From contig NC_091282.1 of assembly GCF_032444005.1 (NCBI RefSeq), forward strand, positions 740,590,001 through 740,654,000: a stretch of DNA of 64,000 bases, read 5' to 3'. Of this stretch, positions 1 to 11,533 are shown piece by piece. How positions within the stretch are numbered: the stretch's first letter is position 1; every line of letters begins with the position of its first letter. The stretch is from Ranitomeya imitator (lineage: Eukaryota). The translations under genes were made by a program, and so were the position numbers. The notes under the pieces are model-generated. The model did not search any database. It saw only the letters and a program-made list of their open reading frames with translations, and was not told the DNA's origin.

Positions 1-69
1 TCCAGGCTGTGCCCACCACTCCAGAACAGCCATATTTGCAGGCAGCCGGAGCCCCTCAGCAAGGTGAGT
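1..69 (+). other. Putative 3' end of a non-coding 5'-UTR exon of zbtb1, with splice donor
   Basis: GC-rich unique sequence ending in a consensus donor AAG|GTGAGT (61-69). It could pair with the acceptor at 5401-5426 (intron ~5.36 kb). Vertebrate ZBTB1 has a non-coding first exon. No transcript evidence. Confidence 0.45.
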
Positions 70-267
70 GCAGCTTCTCCTTCCTCTGTGGTCACTATGT
101 GATGGCAGCAGCTCCTGCACAGAACACACCACTGAGCAGCCTGCCACTGCACAATTTACTCCCACACTAGGTGGCTACTGCCAGGGAGGAAGGGGCTAGT
201 TCCCGGGTTGCAGTTTTGATTGACAGGCCATAGCCACCAGCAAGCTGCAACTCATAAGAGCAGTGCT

Positions 268-294
268 ATTGGCTGTCTGGGGGATGTGACGTCA
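268..294. promoter_or_regulatory. CCAAT box (ATTGG 268-272) and palindromic CRE site TGACGTCA (287-294)
   Basis: Motif matches only, near the presumed 5' end of zbtb1. Could be chance or repeat-derived. Confidence 0.2.
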
Positions 295-781
295 TGTGAT
301 GACAACACAGAGTGGAGGAGGGGGAGGACATTGCATCCCTTCCTGAACTTGTGGAGTCACCTCTCAGATTGACCGGTGGAGCGAGCACTGGAAATTCTGT
401 CACATTGGCGGATGTTAGCAGGGAGATTATGATGGGGGTGTCAGTAGAATTCATGTCACTTGTCATGCTGCAGCAGCCATATCTGCTGGAGTATATTTAC
501 AGGGCATACACAGGGGGATTATACAGGGGGTCTTGTTCTAAGATCTCCCACTTATGTACCGGGACTGCTCTATGGAGAACAAATAGGGCTGTCATGAATG
601 TTTTGGGGGTCAAAGGGGTTTTTCTGCATTTGACTGTCTGCGATTGCTGTAGACTTTGGAGTGGCAGGATGCATGCACTATCTGTGCTCTTCATCTCCTC
701 CTGGTAATGCAGACGCTCGTTCAGGTGATCGGTGCTCCTCCATTGGATGGTTGATCATTTCTTATAATCAGAATTTCTTAA

Positions 782-1318
782 AGGGAGCCTGTCACCCCCA
801 AAATCGAAGGTGAGCTAAGCCCCCAATGTATCCTGAAAGATGAGAAAGAAGTTAGATTATACTCACCCAGGGGCAGTCCCGCTGCGATGGGCGTCGGGGT
901 CCTGGCCTCCCATCTACTTACGATGACATCCTCTTCTTGTCTTCACGCTGCGGCTTTGTCTGCCCTGTTGAGGGCAGAGCAAAGTACTGCAGTGCGCAGA
1001 CGCCGGGCCTCTCTGACCTTTCCCTGCGCACTGCAGTATTTTGTTCTGCCCTCAACAGGGCAAAGTACGCCGGAGCCGCAGCATGAAGACAAGAAGAGGA
1101 CGTCCTCATAAGAAGATGGGAGGCCCCGAACCGCGACGCCCATCGGACCGCGACGCCCATCGGACCGGACCACCCCTGGGTGAGTATAATCTAACCTTTT
1201 TTTCTCATCTTTCAGGTAACATCGGGGGCTTATCTACAGCATTACAGAATACTGTAGATAAGCCCCTGATGCCGGTGGGCTTAGCTCATCTTCGATTTTT
1301 GGGGGTGACAGGTTCCCT
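782..1318. mobile_element. T2-family (Kolobok-type) MITE
   Basis: TTAA on both sides (778-781, 1319-1322). Termini AGGGAGCCTGTCACCCCCAAAATCGAAG / CTTCGATTTTTGGGGGTGACAGGTTCCCT. Near-palindromic interior. Confidence 0.9.
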
Positions 1319-2353
1319 TTAAGGTGACCATAAACATTAGATAGAAGAAGGTTGATGGCCTCCTCAAATGGATATTCTGCATATAACACTTATCCACTGT
1401 ATCCCCCCGCTGATCACTATATGTAGGCCCATTTATCAGATAATCAATAATTTTGGTTGCAATTGTCTGTTGTGATCATCTGTAGACTTATGTATATATC
1501 CATCTGTGCACACTGTATCCTCTGTCATCAGCACTAACTGGATGTATCACGCATTGCTTGCATTTTTACATTTTGCGCATACTTAGGCCTCATTCAGACA
1601 TATGTTTTGGTTTTTTTTGCATATGAGAAAAAACATTAATTTTTTCATCACTGTACTGGATTCAGTTTTCATGTATTTTTGGTCCATGTGTCCATTATTA
1701 TTACCATCATCGTGGCATCTGTTTCACCGGTGACTCAGATCACATACAGACATGTCTGTTTTTTTTTTCCTATACAGTGAAAATCAATCTGCACACACTT
1801 GACTCATGGATGGTGTCCTTTTACTGTCCGTTTTATTCATCCACTCATTGATTTGAAGAGGCGAGTTTCATCCACAACATCCTGTCCACAAAAAAAACAC
1901 AGACATGTGAACAGTCCCATAGACTTTAATATAGCGAAGAGAAAAACAAATTTCAGGCCACCCTTTTAAAGGATCCTCTATGGCAACATGTGCACATCAG
2001 AGCTGGAAAACCAGATGGTAAGCACGGGCGCCACAATGTGTTTAATCCTTGTAAAACTCTTCCGTGCAATCCCCGGTAGGGAAACCAGTTATATTGCAGA
2101 TTCTGGAGTTATCCCCTCAGTGTAGAGATGGTCTGCTAGCTGCTTGTTCCATGTTGGACTGTAACCCAGTTACAAGTTCTATCCATGAAACAGTCATAAG
2201 CATGGCTATGACATTTCCAAAATGTAGAGAGAAAACACCGTGTGCACTGCTACAAAACTGGTGCTAAGACTTAGGTTCCCAAACCATCAATATACATATA
2301 ACATAGAAGTCTAGCACTCAACTTCAGTAACCGTAGAAACGATTTTATTGGTA

Positions 2354-2399
2354 GCACAAGAAACGTTTCAGTCCCTTGGGACTTTCATCAGTCACGTGC
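2354..2399 (-). ncRNA. Minimal type I hammerhead ribozyme (minus-strand copy)
   Basis: Exact reverse complement of 2633-2678. Confidence 0.85.
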
Positions 2400-2632
2400 C
2401 TATGAAGGTCAGTAGGAGTAAACTGAAAAGATGTAGCTGACTATGGCGCCTTGAGAGCACAGGAAATATGGTAGGGAATGATCACCTATCGCGTAGAACA
2501 CCCGCAATGCTGAGGATGCTGGATGGAGAGGGGAAGACGAACCACCTCTAGACACGGCGTGAGACTTGCGGTGGACGCCGTGTCTAGAGGTGGTTCGTCT
2601 TCCCCTCTCCATCCATCTATTGGCCTTCATAG

Positions 2633-2678
2633 GCACGTGACTGATGAAAGTCCCAAGGGACTGAAACGTTTCTTGTGC
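2633..2678 (+). ncRNA. Minimal type I hammerhead ribozyme (PLE type)
   Basis: Stem I GCACGTGA/TCTTGTGC; core CTGATGA (2641-2647); stem II AGTCCC-AA-GGGACT; GAAA (2663-2666); palindromic ACGT stem III; predicted cleavage after GUU at 2670. Confidence 0.85.
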
Positions 2679-3124
2679 TACCAATAAAATCGTTTCTACG
2701 GTTACTGAAGTTGAGTGCTAGACTTCTATGTTATATTTCCAAAATGTAAGCTGCCATAAACAGCATCTTGAAATCCGTATGAAGCAATTGGAGACAAGGG
2801 AGTTTTGTATTGGTACTGCCCAATGGTGTGTATGAAGATATAGTACATACGGTACTTGTCAACAATGGACACCTAACACATGCCTCAGCTGTATCCCAAT
2901 GTAATGTTATAGGGCTGTAACAAATATTGCACCCTTACCCATAATAGAAGAAGGTTGTCACCAGGGGATAAAAAAACGGATGGGGAAACACTAACCCTTA
3001 AAGGGAACCTGTCAGCAGATTTTGCCACTATAAGATGCAGCCACTGCTTTTCAGGGATTATCTACAGCATTCTATAATGCTGTAGATAAGCCCCCGGTCC
3101 AACCTGCAAGTGAAGAAAAATACA

Positions 3125-4367
3125 TCTACTATATAATTGTCTAAGGGTCACTTCCGTCTGTCTTTCTGTCTGTCTGTCACGGATATTCATTGGTCGCGGA
3201 CTCTGTCTGTCATGGAAATCCAAGTCGCTGATTGGTCGTGTCAAAACGCCCACGACCATTGCCATGACCAATCAGCGATGGCCATAGTCTGGCAGTGAAA
3301 TGGCCGCTGCTTTACTGCCCTGCAGTCAGTGCTGAGCGCTCACACAGGGTTAATGCCAGAGTTAACGGACCGAGGTGTAATGCAGTCCGTTAACGCAGCT
3401 ATTAACCCTGTGTGACCAACTTTTTACTATTGACGCTGCGTATGCAGCATCAATAGTAAAACGATCTAATGTTAAAAATAATAAAAATAAAAAAATTTTA
3501 TTCTCACCCTCCGACGTCGCCTCGGCAGTGCAAGCAGCAGGTTCCGGTGCCAAGGATGCTATGCGAGAAGGACCTGCCATGATGTCACGGTCATGTGACC
3601 GCGACATCATCACCGCTCCTTCACTCATACCAACCCTGGGAGAGGAAGCTGCTGCGTTCACCGCACACAGGCGCCAGGACTACAAGGGGCCTTCGGAAGG
3701 TGAGTATATGTTTTATTTTTTATTTTAAGTCTTTTTTAACCACGCATATAGTGCCCACATTGCTATATACTACGTGGGCTGTGTTACATACTGCGTGGGC
3801 TCTATTATAGACTACATCTCTGTGCTATATACTATGTAGCCGGGCAATATACAACGTTACTGTGCAATATACAACGTGACTGTCCAATATACTACTTGGC
3901 TGTGCAATATACTACATGCTCTGTGCTATATACTACGTAGCTGTGCAATATACTATGTGGCTGTGTCAGTTCTGTTATATACTACGTCGACTGTGCAATA
4001 TACTACTTGGCTCTATTATATACTACGTGGCAGTGCAATATACTACGATATACGATGTGGCTATGTTATATACTACGTGGCTCTGCTATATACTACGTGG
4101 CTGACCAATATACTACGTGCCTGTGCAATACACTACGTAGCTGTGCAATACACTATGTGGCTATGTTATATACTACGTGGCTGTGTTATATACTACGTAG
4201 CTCTGCTATATACTACGTACGCTGTGTTACATACTACGTAGCTCTGTTATATACTACGTCGGTTGTGTTATATACTACGTCACTGTGCAATATAGTACGT
4301 ATCCTGTGCTATATACTACCTACATATTCTAGAATACCCGATACTTTAGAATCGGGCCACCATCTAG
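3125..4367 (+). mobile_element. Non-autonomous Helitron
   Basis: A|TCTACTATATAA 5' end; CCCGAT/ATCGGG hairpin (4337-4356); CTAG|T 3' end; no TSD; internal minisatellite. Confidence 0.85.
3760..4320. repeat. ~20 bp minisatellite (TATACTACGTGGCTGTGCAA-like) inside the Helitron
   Basis: About 28 degenerate tandem units. Explains the YY/ILR-rich spurious ORFs. Confidence 0.9.
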
Positions 4368-5400
4368 TTTTATTATAAACACCCAGGGGGGCAGTCCTGT
4401 GCAGTCAGATGTGTGTCGCAGGTCCGGCGCCTCCCATCTTCTTGCGATGCCGTACTCCTGCTTCTCCCTTGCTCCCCGGCATCGGCGCTCCTGCGCAGGC
4501 GTACTTATCTGCCCTTTGGAGGGCAGAGTAAAGTACTGCATTGTGCAGGCACTGGGCCTCTCTGACCTTTCCCGGCGCCTGTGCACTGCAGTACTTTACT
4601 CTGCCCTCAACAGGGCAGAGAAGTACGCCTGTGCAGGAACACGATGCTGGGGAGCGAGAAAGAAGCAGGAGGGCGGCGTCACAAGAAGATGTGAGGCGCC
4701 GGACCTGCGACACCCATTGGACCAGACTGCCCCCCGGGTGATTATAATATAACTTATTTTTCTTCACTTGCATGTCAGACTGGGGGCAGATATACAGTAT
4801 TATAGAATGCTGTAGATAAGCCCTGAAAGGTAGTGGCCGTATCTTATAGCAGCAATATCTGCTCACAGGTTCCCTTTAAGGCTCGTACATATGTCCAAAT
4901 TTCTCGTACAGGTTTTAGCCATGGTTTTCACGGATAGCACTCATACCTATGATAGTCTATGAGGCTGTGCACATGTCCAATATTTTTAAATTTTTTTTTC
5001 CCCAGACCGAGTGGTCCTCTGAAAATATCAGAGACGTCTGATTTTGATCTGAGGCTCAGATCAGAATGTTAATGCAAGTTTTCAGGGTCTGTGAATAAAT
5101 CGGACAGCACTTGGATGATATCTGATTTTCACAGATTGACCGATAAGGCAAGGTGAAAAAACTTTTTTCTTTCTCTCTCCATGTACAACAAAAACTGATG
5201 GATTGTCCACCACTTGGACAGCTGCCGCTGATGGGCTGCAGTGCTCACCTGCCTTTAATAAAGATAAAAACTGGTGCCATACACATGTGGAAAAAAAAAG
5301 ACATACGTATGACATGGATGAAAATGGACTAGTTATGTATTTGCTCACCTGAAAATGGTCTAAAGTGCATGATATGATAAAGTAAGTTATATCACAATTT

Positions 5401-5426
5401 TATTTCCTTTTCTTTTTCCCATAAAG
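5401..5426 (+). promoter_or_regulatory. Splice acceptor of the zbtb1 coding exon
   Basis: Polypyrimidine tract TATTTCCTTTTCTTTTTCCC followed by AG (5425-5426), 18 nt upstream of the ATG. Confidence 0.75.
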
Positions 5427-5444
5427 GTACCACTGAAACAAATC

Positions 5445-7511
5445 ATGATGGGAAAAGCAAGCCACTGCAGTTATGTACTTCAGCAACTCTACAACCAGAG
5501 AGAATGGGGGTTCCTCTGTGATTGCTGTATCACTATCAATGATACCTACTTCCAAGCCCACAAGGCCATCCTGGCCGCCTGCAGCTCTTATTTTAAGATG
5601 ATGTTCATAAATCATCCGCACACCATGGCACAGATCAATCTCACCAACACCAAGATCACCGCCGAATGTTTTGACTTGATACTACAATTCATGTACCTGG
5701 GTAAAATCCTCAAAGCCCCAGAAACTTTTGAACAGTTGAAGAATGCCATGAGCTACCTGCAGCTCTATGTTATCCCTGACTGCTTGGAAGACATACAAGA
5801 TATCGATTCTTCAATTAAATGCACCTCTTCTGCATCAAGTAGCCTGACTAGCAAAATGGTTTTTGGCGTCCGAATGTATGAAGAACCCACTACAAAAAGC
5901 AGAGAGGAACCGAGCAGGTGGCCCTCGGAACCTGCATTACCTGTAAACACTGTTCCTGAAAAGCCAACTGAAGCCAGCATGCCTTCTGCGCTGCGTAAAC
6001 AGATGCAGAACATCTGCAAGAAAACCCCTTCCCCAAAAGTGTCTAACCCAAGAGATCGTGGGAGCAGACGCTTCGGACGCAGTTACACCTGTGAGAGTTG
6101 TGGCTTTGCATTCAGCTGCGAAAAACTTCTCGACGAGCACTCTCAAACCTGCACAAATAGGCATTTCTTCCAAAATAGAGAAAACTCCAGTAATGATCAA
6201 AGCCAGAGCGGCAGCGAATCACCCGTCTCTAAGTTTTCTCCAACCCAAGACAACATGCAAAGAGCAGACTCAAGTCAGTGTTTAGAGCCGTCTGTGTCTT
6301 CTGAAAGTGCAAAAACTACGCTCATCAGTCTAGACCAAATAAAAAGCGAAACGATAGACACTACTGAGAAGAACTCGGTCATTATAAAAATCGAAGCTGA
6401 TGAGAACTCCATTGTGGACATGGATGATATTAATATTGTAAAAATCTCAGATAAAGAATATTTTGAGTCTTCAGACATTGATGAGTTAGAGGATGATGTT
6501 GATGAGGCACTCAGCGGCTATTACGTCAGTGAACAGTATAAAAGTATGAATCAGAAATCTGTCAATTTGCATCAAGCGCTGGGTAGAAAAGATGTTGACT
6601 TTCTAGATCAAGATGGTGCAGAAACCAGCGAGGCTGCATCTGAAATGGCATGTGAACTTTGTGGTGTGACAGTCACTGAGCATGACCTTTCCTCCCATTA
6701 CCTGTCTCAACATATAGAAAATATATGTGCCTGCGGCAAATGTGGGCAAATTCTTGTGAAAGGTAGACAACTTCAAGAACACGCTCAAAGATGTGGAGAA
6801 TCTCAGGAGCGACCTGAAACCGATGATAGACATATCGATGAGAGGATGCACTTTGAAGATGGCGTTGAGGAATCCTCAGCTATGGGCGAGGTGCTAGCAG
6901 ACATGTGGGATGACGTAAATGAAGGGGCTGTGAATGCCAGACAGGTTTATAAAAATTCCTCATGCCCTTACCGTTGCCCTAATTGCGGGCAGCGTTTTGA
7001 GGCTGAGAACCTGGTGGTAGAGCACATGTCTCACTGCTTGGAGAATGAAGTCTTCAGAGGTTCAGTTTCTGATGACACCGATAAAGATCATCGAAGAAAG
7101 CATTTCTGTGACATCTGCGGTAAAGGCTTTTTCCAGCGCTGCCACCTTCGAGAACATTATACCGTACACACCAAGGAGAAGCAGTTTTCATGCCAGATTT
7201 GTGGAAAGCAGTTTTTACGGGAGCGCCAGCTCAGGCTGCATAACGATATGCACAGGGGCATGGCTAGGTACGTTTGTTCACTTTGCGACCAAGGAAACTT
7301 TCGCAAACATGACCATGTGCGTCACATGATTTCCCACTTAGCAGCAGGCGAAACTATATGTCAGGTGTGCTTTCAGATCTTCCCAAATAACGAACTTCTA
7401 GAAGAACACATGGATACTCATTTGTATACTTGTGGAGTTTGTGGTGCAAAATTTAACCTGAGGAAGGATATGAGGGCACACTACAACTCCAAGCATTTTA
7501 AGAAAGCCTAG
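5445..7511 (+). CDS. zbtb1: Zinc finger and BTB domain-containing protein 1 (688 aa, single coding exon)
   Basis: N-terminal BTB ([22 protein letters not shown]...), UBZ4-type finger ([21 protein letters not shown]) and C-terminal C2H2 array ([23 protein letters not shown]... [16 protein letters not shown]). Matches human ZBTB1 as recalled. Confidence 0.97.
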   Translation: MMGKASHCSYVLQQLYNQREWGFLCDCCITINDTYFQAHKAILAACSSYFKMMFINHPHTMAQINLTNTKITAECFDLILQFMYLGKILKAPETFEQLKNAMSYLQLYVIPDCLEDIQDIDSSIKCTSSASSSLTSKMVFGVRMYEEPTTKSREEPSRWPSEPALPVNTVPEKPTEASMPSALRKQMQNICKKTPSPKVSNPRDRGSRRFGRSYTCESCGFAFSCEKLLDEHSQTCTNRHFFQNRENSSNDQSQSGSESPVSKFSPTQDNMQRADSSQCLEPSVSSESAKTTLISLDQIKSETIDTTEKNSVIIKIEADENSIVDMDDINIVKISDKEYFESSDIDELEDDVDEALSGYYVSEQYKSMNQKSVNLHQALGRKDVDFLDQDGAETSEAASEMACELCGVTVTEHDLSSHYLSQHIENICACGKCGQILVKGRQLQEHAQRCGESQERPETDDRHIDERMHFEDGVEESSAMGEVLADMWDDVNEGAVNARQVYKNSSCPYRCPNCGQRFEAENLVVEHMSHCLENEVFRGSVSDDTDKDHRRKHFCDICGKGFFQRCHLREHYTVHTKEKQFSCQICGKQFLRERQLRLHNDMHRGMARYVCSLCDQGNFRKHDHVRHMISHLAAGETICQVCFQIFPNNELLEEHMDTHLYTCGVCGAKFNLRKDMRAHYNSKHFKKA

Positions 7512-7537
7512 ACTGTAAAATGGCTACCTATATGGAA

Positions 7538-7543
7538 AATAAA
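7538..7543 (+). terminator. Candidate polyadenylation signal AATAAA, 26 nt after the zbtb1 stop
   Basis: Motif match only. Confidence 0.35.
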
Positions 7544-7679
7544 CCAAAGGTCTAAAATGTATACATGATTGTCTAGTTCTGAGATCTATAGTGATGCTTG
7601 AAGGCTTGAGAACCCTTCAGAATTTTCCATATTTCTGCATATATTGAATTTTTTCACAGAATCTAAAAGTAGATAAAGA

Positions 7680-7990
7680 GAACCAGATCAAACAATTCAG
7701 TCAAAAATATTAGTCTGTAATTTATCATTGAGGAAAATAACTCCAAAATTGCACATCTATAAGTGGAAAAAGTTTGAACCTTTGCGTGATCCACCTTCTA
7801 AATGCAGCAGCCAGTAACTGCATGGCAACCGTCACGGCTCAGATGCAGCAAAACAGGCCCAAACCATGATACCACCACCACCATGTTTCACACATGGTAA
7901 GAGGTTTTTATACTTTTCTTTTCTCCAAGCATAATGCTTCTCATCTAAACCAAAACATTGTGTTACAATAGTCATCTGTCTTTATCTAAG
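7680..7990 (-). mobile_element. Decayed Tc1 remnant
   Basis: CCCAAACCATGATACCACCACCACCATGTTTCACA is the antisense of the Tc1 (K)HGGG(S/G)IM motif region. No intact termini. Confidence 0.45.
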
Positions 7991-8029
7991 TGATCCAGGT
8001 GATCATTAGCAATGACTTTCTCCTTCTAA

Positions 8030-8409
8030 GGCCGGTGTCACACTGTCGTGTTTTACAGACATAAGAGAGGTGCTGAAAATACGGATTGCATACGGTACAA
8101 TGCTTCTCTATGCCCCAGCTCCTATCAGCCGTATTTTACTGATCCGTATTATACGGTGTTCTACGGCCGTAGAAAATCGCAGCATGTTGCGTTTGTCACC
8201 GTATTGCGCAAAAAATACGCCAATGAAAGTCTATGGGGGCAAGAAAAATACGGATTACACACGGACCAGCAGTGTGACTTGCGAGAAATACGCAGCGGTG
8301 TTCTATAGAGAAGCTGGCAATTCAGTGCAGTGTACAGTAATATCACACTGACAGGTTTGAATAGAATAGCTAAAATAAATGTCTACACATAGTATAGGGG
8401 TATGTACGG

Positions 8410-8445
<36 letters not shown>

Positions 8446-9273
8446 TGTCAGTAAGACACATATGTATATATATTAATATTTCATACAGCGCTAGATAGCT
8501 TAAAAGCCGGTAATTCAATTGCCGGCTTTTGCTATCTCCTTCCCAAACCCGACATGATATGTGACATGGTTTACATACAGTAAACCATGTCATATCCCCC
8601 TTTTTTTTTTTGCATATTCCACACTACTAATGTTAGTCGTGTGTACGTGCAAAATTTGGGCGCTGTAGCTATTAATTTAAAGGGTTAAATCGCGGAAAAA
8701 ATTGGCATGGGCTCCCGCGCAATTTTCTCCGCCAGAATGGTAAAACCAGTGACTGAGGGCAGATATTAATAGCCTGGAGAGGGTCCATGGTAATCTGGCT
8801 TAATGTCACCTTACAATAGCAAGGTGACATTAACCCTTCATTACCCCATATCTCACCGCTACACGGGATTGGGAAGAGAGTGGCCAAGTGCCAGAATAGG
8901 CGCATCTTCCAGATGTGCCTTTTCTGGGGTGGCTGGGGGCAGATGTTTTTAGCCGGGGGGGGGGGCTAAATTGAATTACCGGCTTTTAAGCTATCTAGCG
9001 CTGTATGATATATATATATATAACAGTATTTATGTTTTTACGATTCTTTGAGAACATGGATCCATTGTATGTCCGTATGTCGGTTTTGCAAGCCTGCGAG
9101 AAAATCTTGCAGTACGGATGCCATACGGATTATATACGGAGGATGCCATGCGCAAAATACGCTGACACACCCTGCCTACGGATGAGATACGGACCACTAT
9201 TTTGGGGACTTTTCTGCGTATTACGGCCGTAAATTACGGACCGTATTTTTATACGCTGAGTGTGACGCCGGCC
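8030..9273. mobile_element. PIF/Harbinger-type MITE
   Basis: TAA TSD (8027-8029, 9274-9276). TIR GGCCGGTGTCACAC / GTGTGACGCCGGCC. Internal inverted repeat ~8481-8520 / ~8968-9008. Confidence 0.85.
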
Positions 9274-9276
9274 TAA

Positions 9277-9470
9277 GGCCGGGATCACGCATGCGAGAAA
9301 TATTGCCGAGTCTTGCATGTTAATACCCGCCACTGCCGCCGGCATTCCGGAGCGGAGCGTGGGGCCGCATAGCAATACATAGTCGCACGCTTCACTCCTG
9401 AGTGCCGGCGGCAGTGCCAGGTATTAAGATGCGAGACTCGGCCATGTTTCTCGCATGTGTGATCCAAGCC
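9277..9470. mobile_element. Small palindromic Harbinger-type MITE abutting the previous one
   Basis: GGCCGGGATCAC ... GTGATCCAAGCC, with TAA on both sides. Confidence 0.8.
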
Positions 9471-9545
9471 TAAATCTGCCATGCATAACATTGTTGTTCA
9501 ATGCCTTGATGATGGACGCATGAACATAAAATAAAATTGTGTAAA

Positions 9546-9762
9546 AAGCCTTTAGTTGTTTATAGGTTACCTTCGGTACCTTTTGAGATTGGGACCTTGT
9601 GGACTTATATACGCCTTGCTCTTGGCGTGATCTTTTTGGTCAACCACTGCTGAGAACGGTAATAATGGTCTTGAATTTCCATTTCTACAAAATTTGTCTT
9701 GGCTGTGGATTGGTAGAGCTCAATAGGAGAACCATGATTTCTCTATATTCTGCAGTACTGTG
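9546..9762. repeat. Partly Tc1-derived ~220 bp block, also present at 47084-47306
   Basis: Collinear match including GTGATCTTTTTGGTCAACCACTGCTGAGAACGGTAATAATGGTCTTG. Confidence 0.65.
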
Positions 9763-10471
9763 GTATTGCAGAATATAAGCAATCAAACAGATGCAAGGTC
9801 AAGTTTCCTTAGGGGATTATAAAATAAAGTATAATTTGGAAAAAAAAAAGTTTTGAAAAATCTAAATAAATTTAATTGCCTCGCATATTAAACACCAAAA
9901 AGAAAAATGCAAAAATTGACGCTTTTTGGTTCCTGTTAGTTCCTATAAAAAAAATACATACATTTAAAAGAGATGAAAACCTCATGTACTCCTAAATGAT
10001 ATCAGTAAAAACATGAGTTCAGCTCGTACTAAACAAGCCCTCAGACGGCACTAAGAATGAACAGAAAAATTAAAAAGCTAGGATATGTGTACACAATGTC
10101 TTTTATACTTCGGTGTACCTGCTACGTTTTTCAGGCAGAAAAAGCTTCATGAAAACGTCATCTCTGCTTTTCTTCAAGAATCTTTTTCCGTGTGTTTGTG
10201 GTTGTGTTTGGCAGCATTTTTTTACTTGTATGAAACTGTGAGTGGCTTACAAGCAGAAGCCACATGAAGAATGGTAAGGTCACTCCTACAAGCAGAAGCC
10301 AGATGGAGAATGGTCGTGTCACTTCTAGTAGAAACCACATGAAGCATGGGGTCACTTCTTTTAACTGCTTTGCGTTTTTACAAACATGAGGCAGTAGCTC
10401 AAAAGCCTGAACTTATGCACAGTCTTTATTATATTGCAGTGCATATGTTCATTCATTTTAACGGTTGTTAA

Positions 10472-10989
10472 TGGGACTCTGTCACCTGAATTTGGAGGGA
10501 ACAATTTTCAACCATAGGGGCGGGGTTTTCGGGTGTTTGATTCACCCTTTCCTTACCCGCTGGCTGCATGCTGGCTGCAATATTGGATTGGAGTTCATTC
10601 TCTGTCCTCCGTAGTACACGCCTGCACAAAGCAATCTTCCCTTGCGCAGGCGTGTACTATGGAGGACAGAGAATGAACTTCAATCCAATATTCTATCCTC
10701 ATCTACTGTATCCTCACCCATCCCTTGTAGATTGTGAGCCTTCGCGGGCAGGGTCCTCACTCCTCCTGTACCAGTTATGACTTGTATTGTTTAAGATTAT
10801 TGTACTTGTTTTTATTATGTATACCCCTCCTCACATGTAAAGCGCCATGGAATAAATGGCGCTATAACAATAAATAATAATAATAACAATATTGCAGCCA
10901 GCGGGTAAGGAAAGGGTGAATCAAACACCCGAAAACCCCGCCCCTATGGCTGAAAATTGTTCCCTCCAAATTCAGGTGACACAGTCCCT
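10472..10989. mobile_element. T2-family MITE carrying an L2 fragment
   Basis: TTAA TSD (10468-10471, 10990-10993) and long inverted arms (CTGTCACCTGAATTTGGAGGGAACAATTTT...). Confidence 0.9.
10693..10886 (+). mobile_element. 5'-truncated L2-type LINE 3' end
   Basis: TTGTGAGCCTTCGCGGGCAGGGTCCTC...TGTAAAGCGCCATGG...GGCGCTATA with an (AAT)n tail. 7 bp TSD CAATATT (10686-10692, 10887-10893). Confidence 0.8.
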
Positions 10990-11533
10990 TTAAGCGCTTT
11001 TTCAGGCACTATGTGCACATATCTTTACGTCTCTCAGAAAATGACAATATATTTTTTTTTTATTACAAATTTCTGAATTGTCTTTCACCACTAAAATAAC
11101 AAGAAAAACTGGGCATGTTAGATATCTTCATAATCGTACTGACCTGGAGAATCATTTTGCCAGATAATTTTTCTGCAGAAAGAGGTGCTTCAAAAAAAAA
11201 AAACAATGGCAAAATTGCAATGTTTTTTTTTTTCACAATTTACTCTAGTTTAGATTTTTTTTTTCCTGTTTTTCAGTACATTATCTAGTAAAATGAATGG
11301 GTGTCATTTAAAACTTCAACTCGTTTAGCAAAAAAAACAAGCCGCCGATGTCAATAAAAAATGTGAAAAGTTATAGTTCTTGGAACAAGGGAAGAAAATA
11401 AAAGTGCAAAGACAAAAAGTTTACGAGTCATTAGGGGGATTTATAAAACGTATCTCCCACTCGTGCCTGATTGCCATCCCATTGATTGCAAACACCAGAC
11501 TAATTTCCCTTTCAAATCTTCTGCAAATTCTAA

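Larger units (their letters stand above)
2227..2736. mobile_element. Severely truncated Penelope-like (Neptune-type) insertion with inverted arms
   Basis: Perfect 113 bp inverted repeat (2296-2408 / 2624-2736) carrying a hammerhead, AATAAA and GTTGAGTGCT. Internal perfect 40 bp hairpin (2521-2560 / 2575-2614). Flanking direct repeat ATTTCCAAAATGTA (2213-2226 / 2735-2748). Confidence 0.85.
3002..4875. mobile_element. T2-family MITE interrupted by a Helitron
   Basis: TTAA|AGGGAACCTGTCAGCAGA (2998-3001) ... CAGGTTCCCT|TTAA (4876-4879). The arms become collinear once 3125-4367 is removed. Same interior type as 782-1318. Confidence 0.85.

Noticed and set aside
312-707. 131 aa ORF near the window start
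   Set aside because: GTG start, no recognisable domain, and it lies in the presumed zbtb1 intron. Likely chance in GC-rich DNA.
887-1322. Similar short ORFs on opposite strands (also 4329-4866)
   Set aside because: Explained by the palindromic arms of T2 MITEs; not genes.
3876-4378. Tyr/Cys-rich repetitive ORFs
   Set aside because: Translation of the 20 bp Helitron minisatellite.
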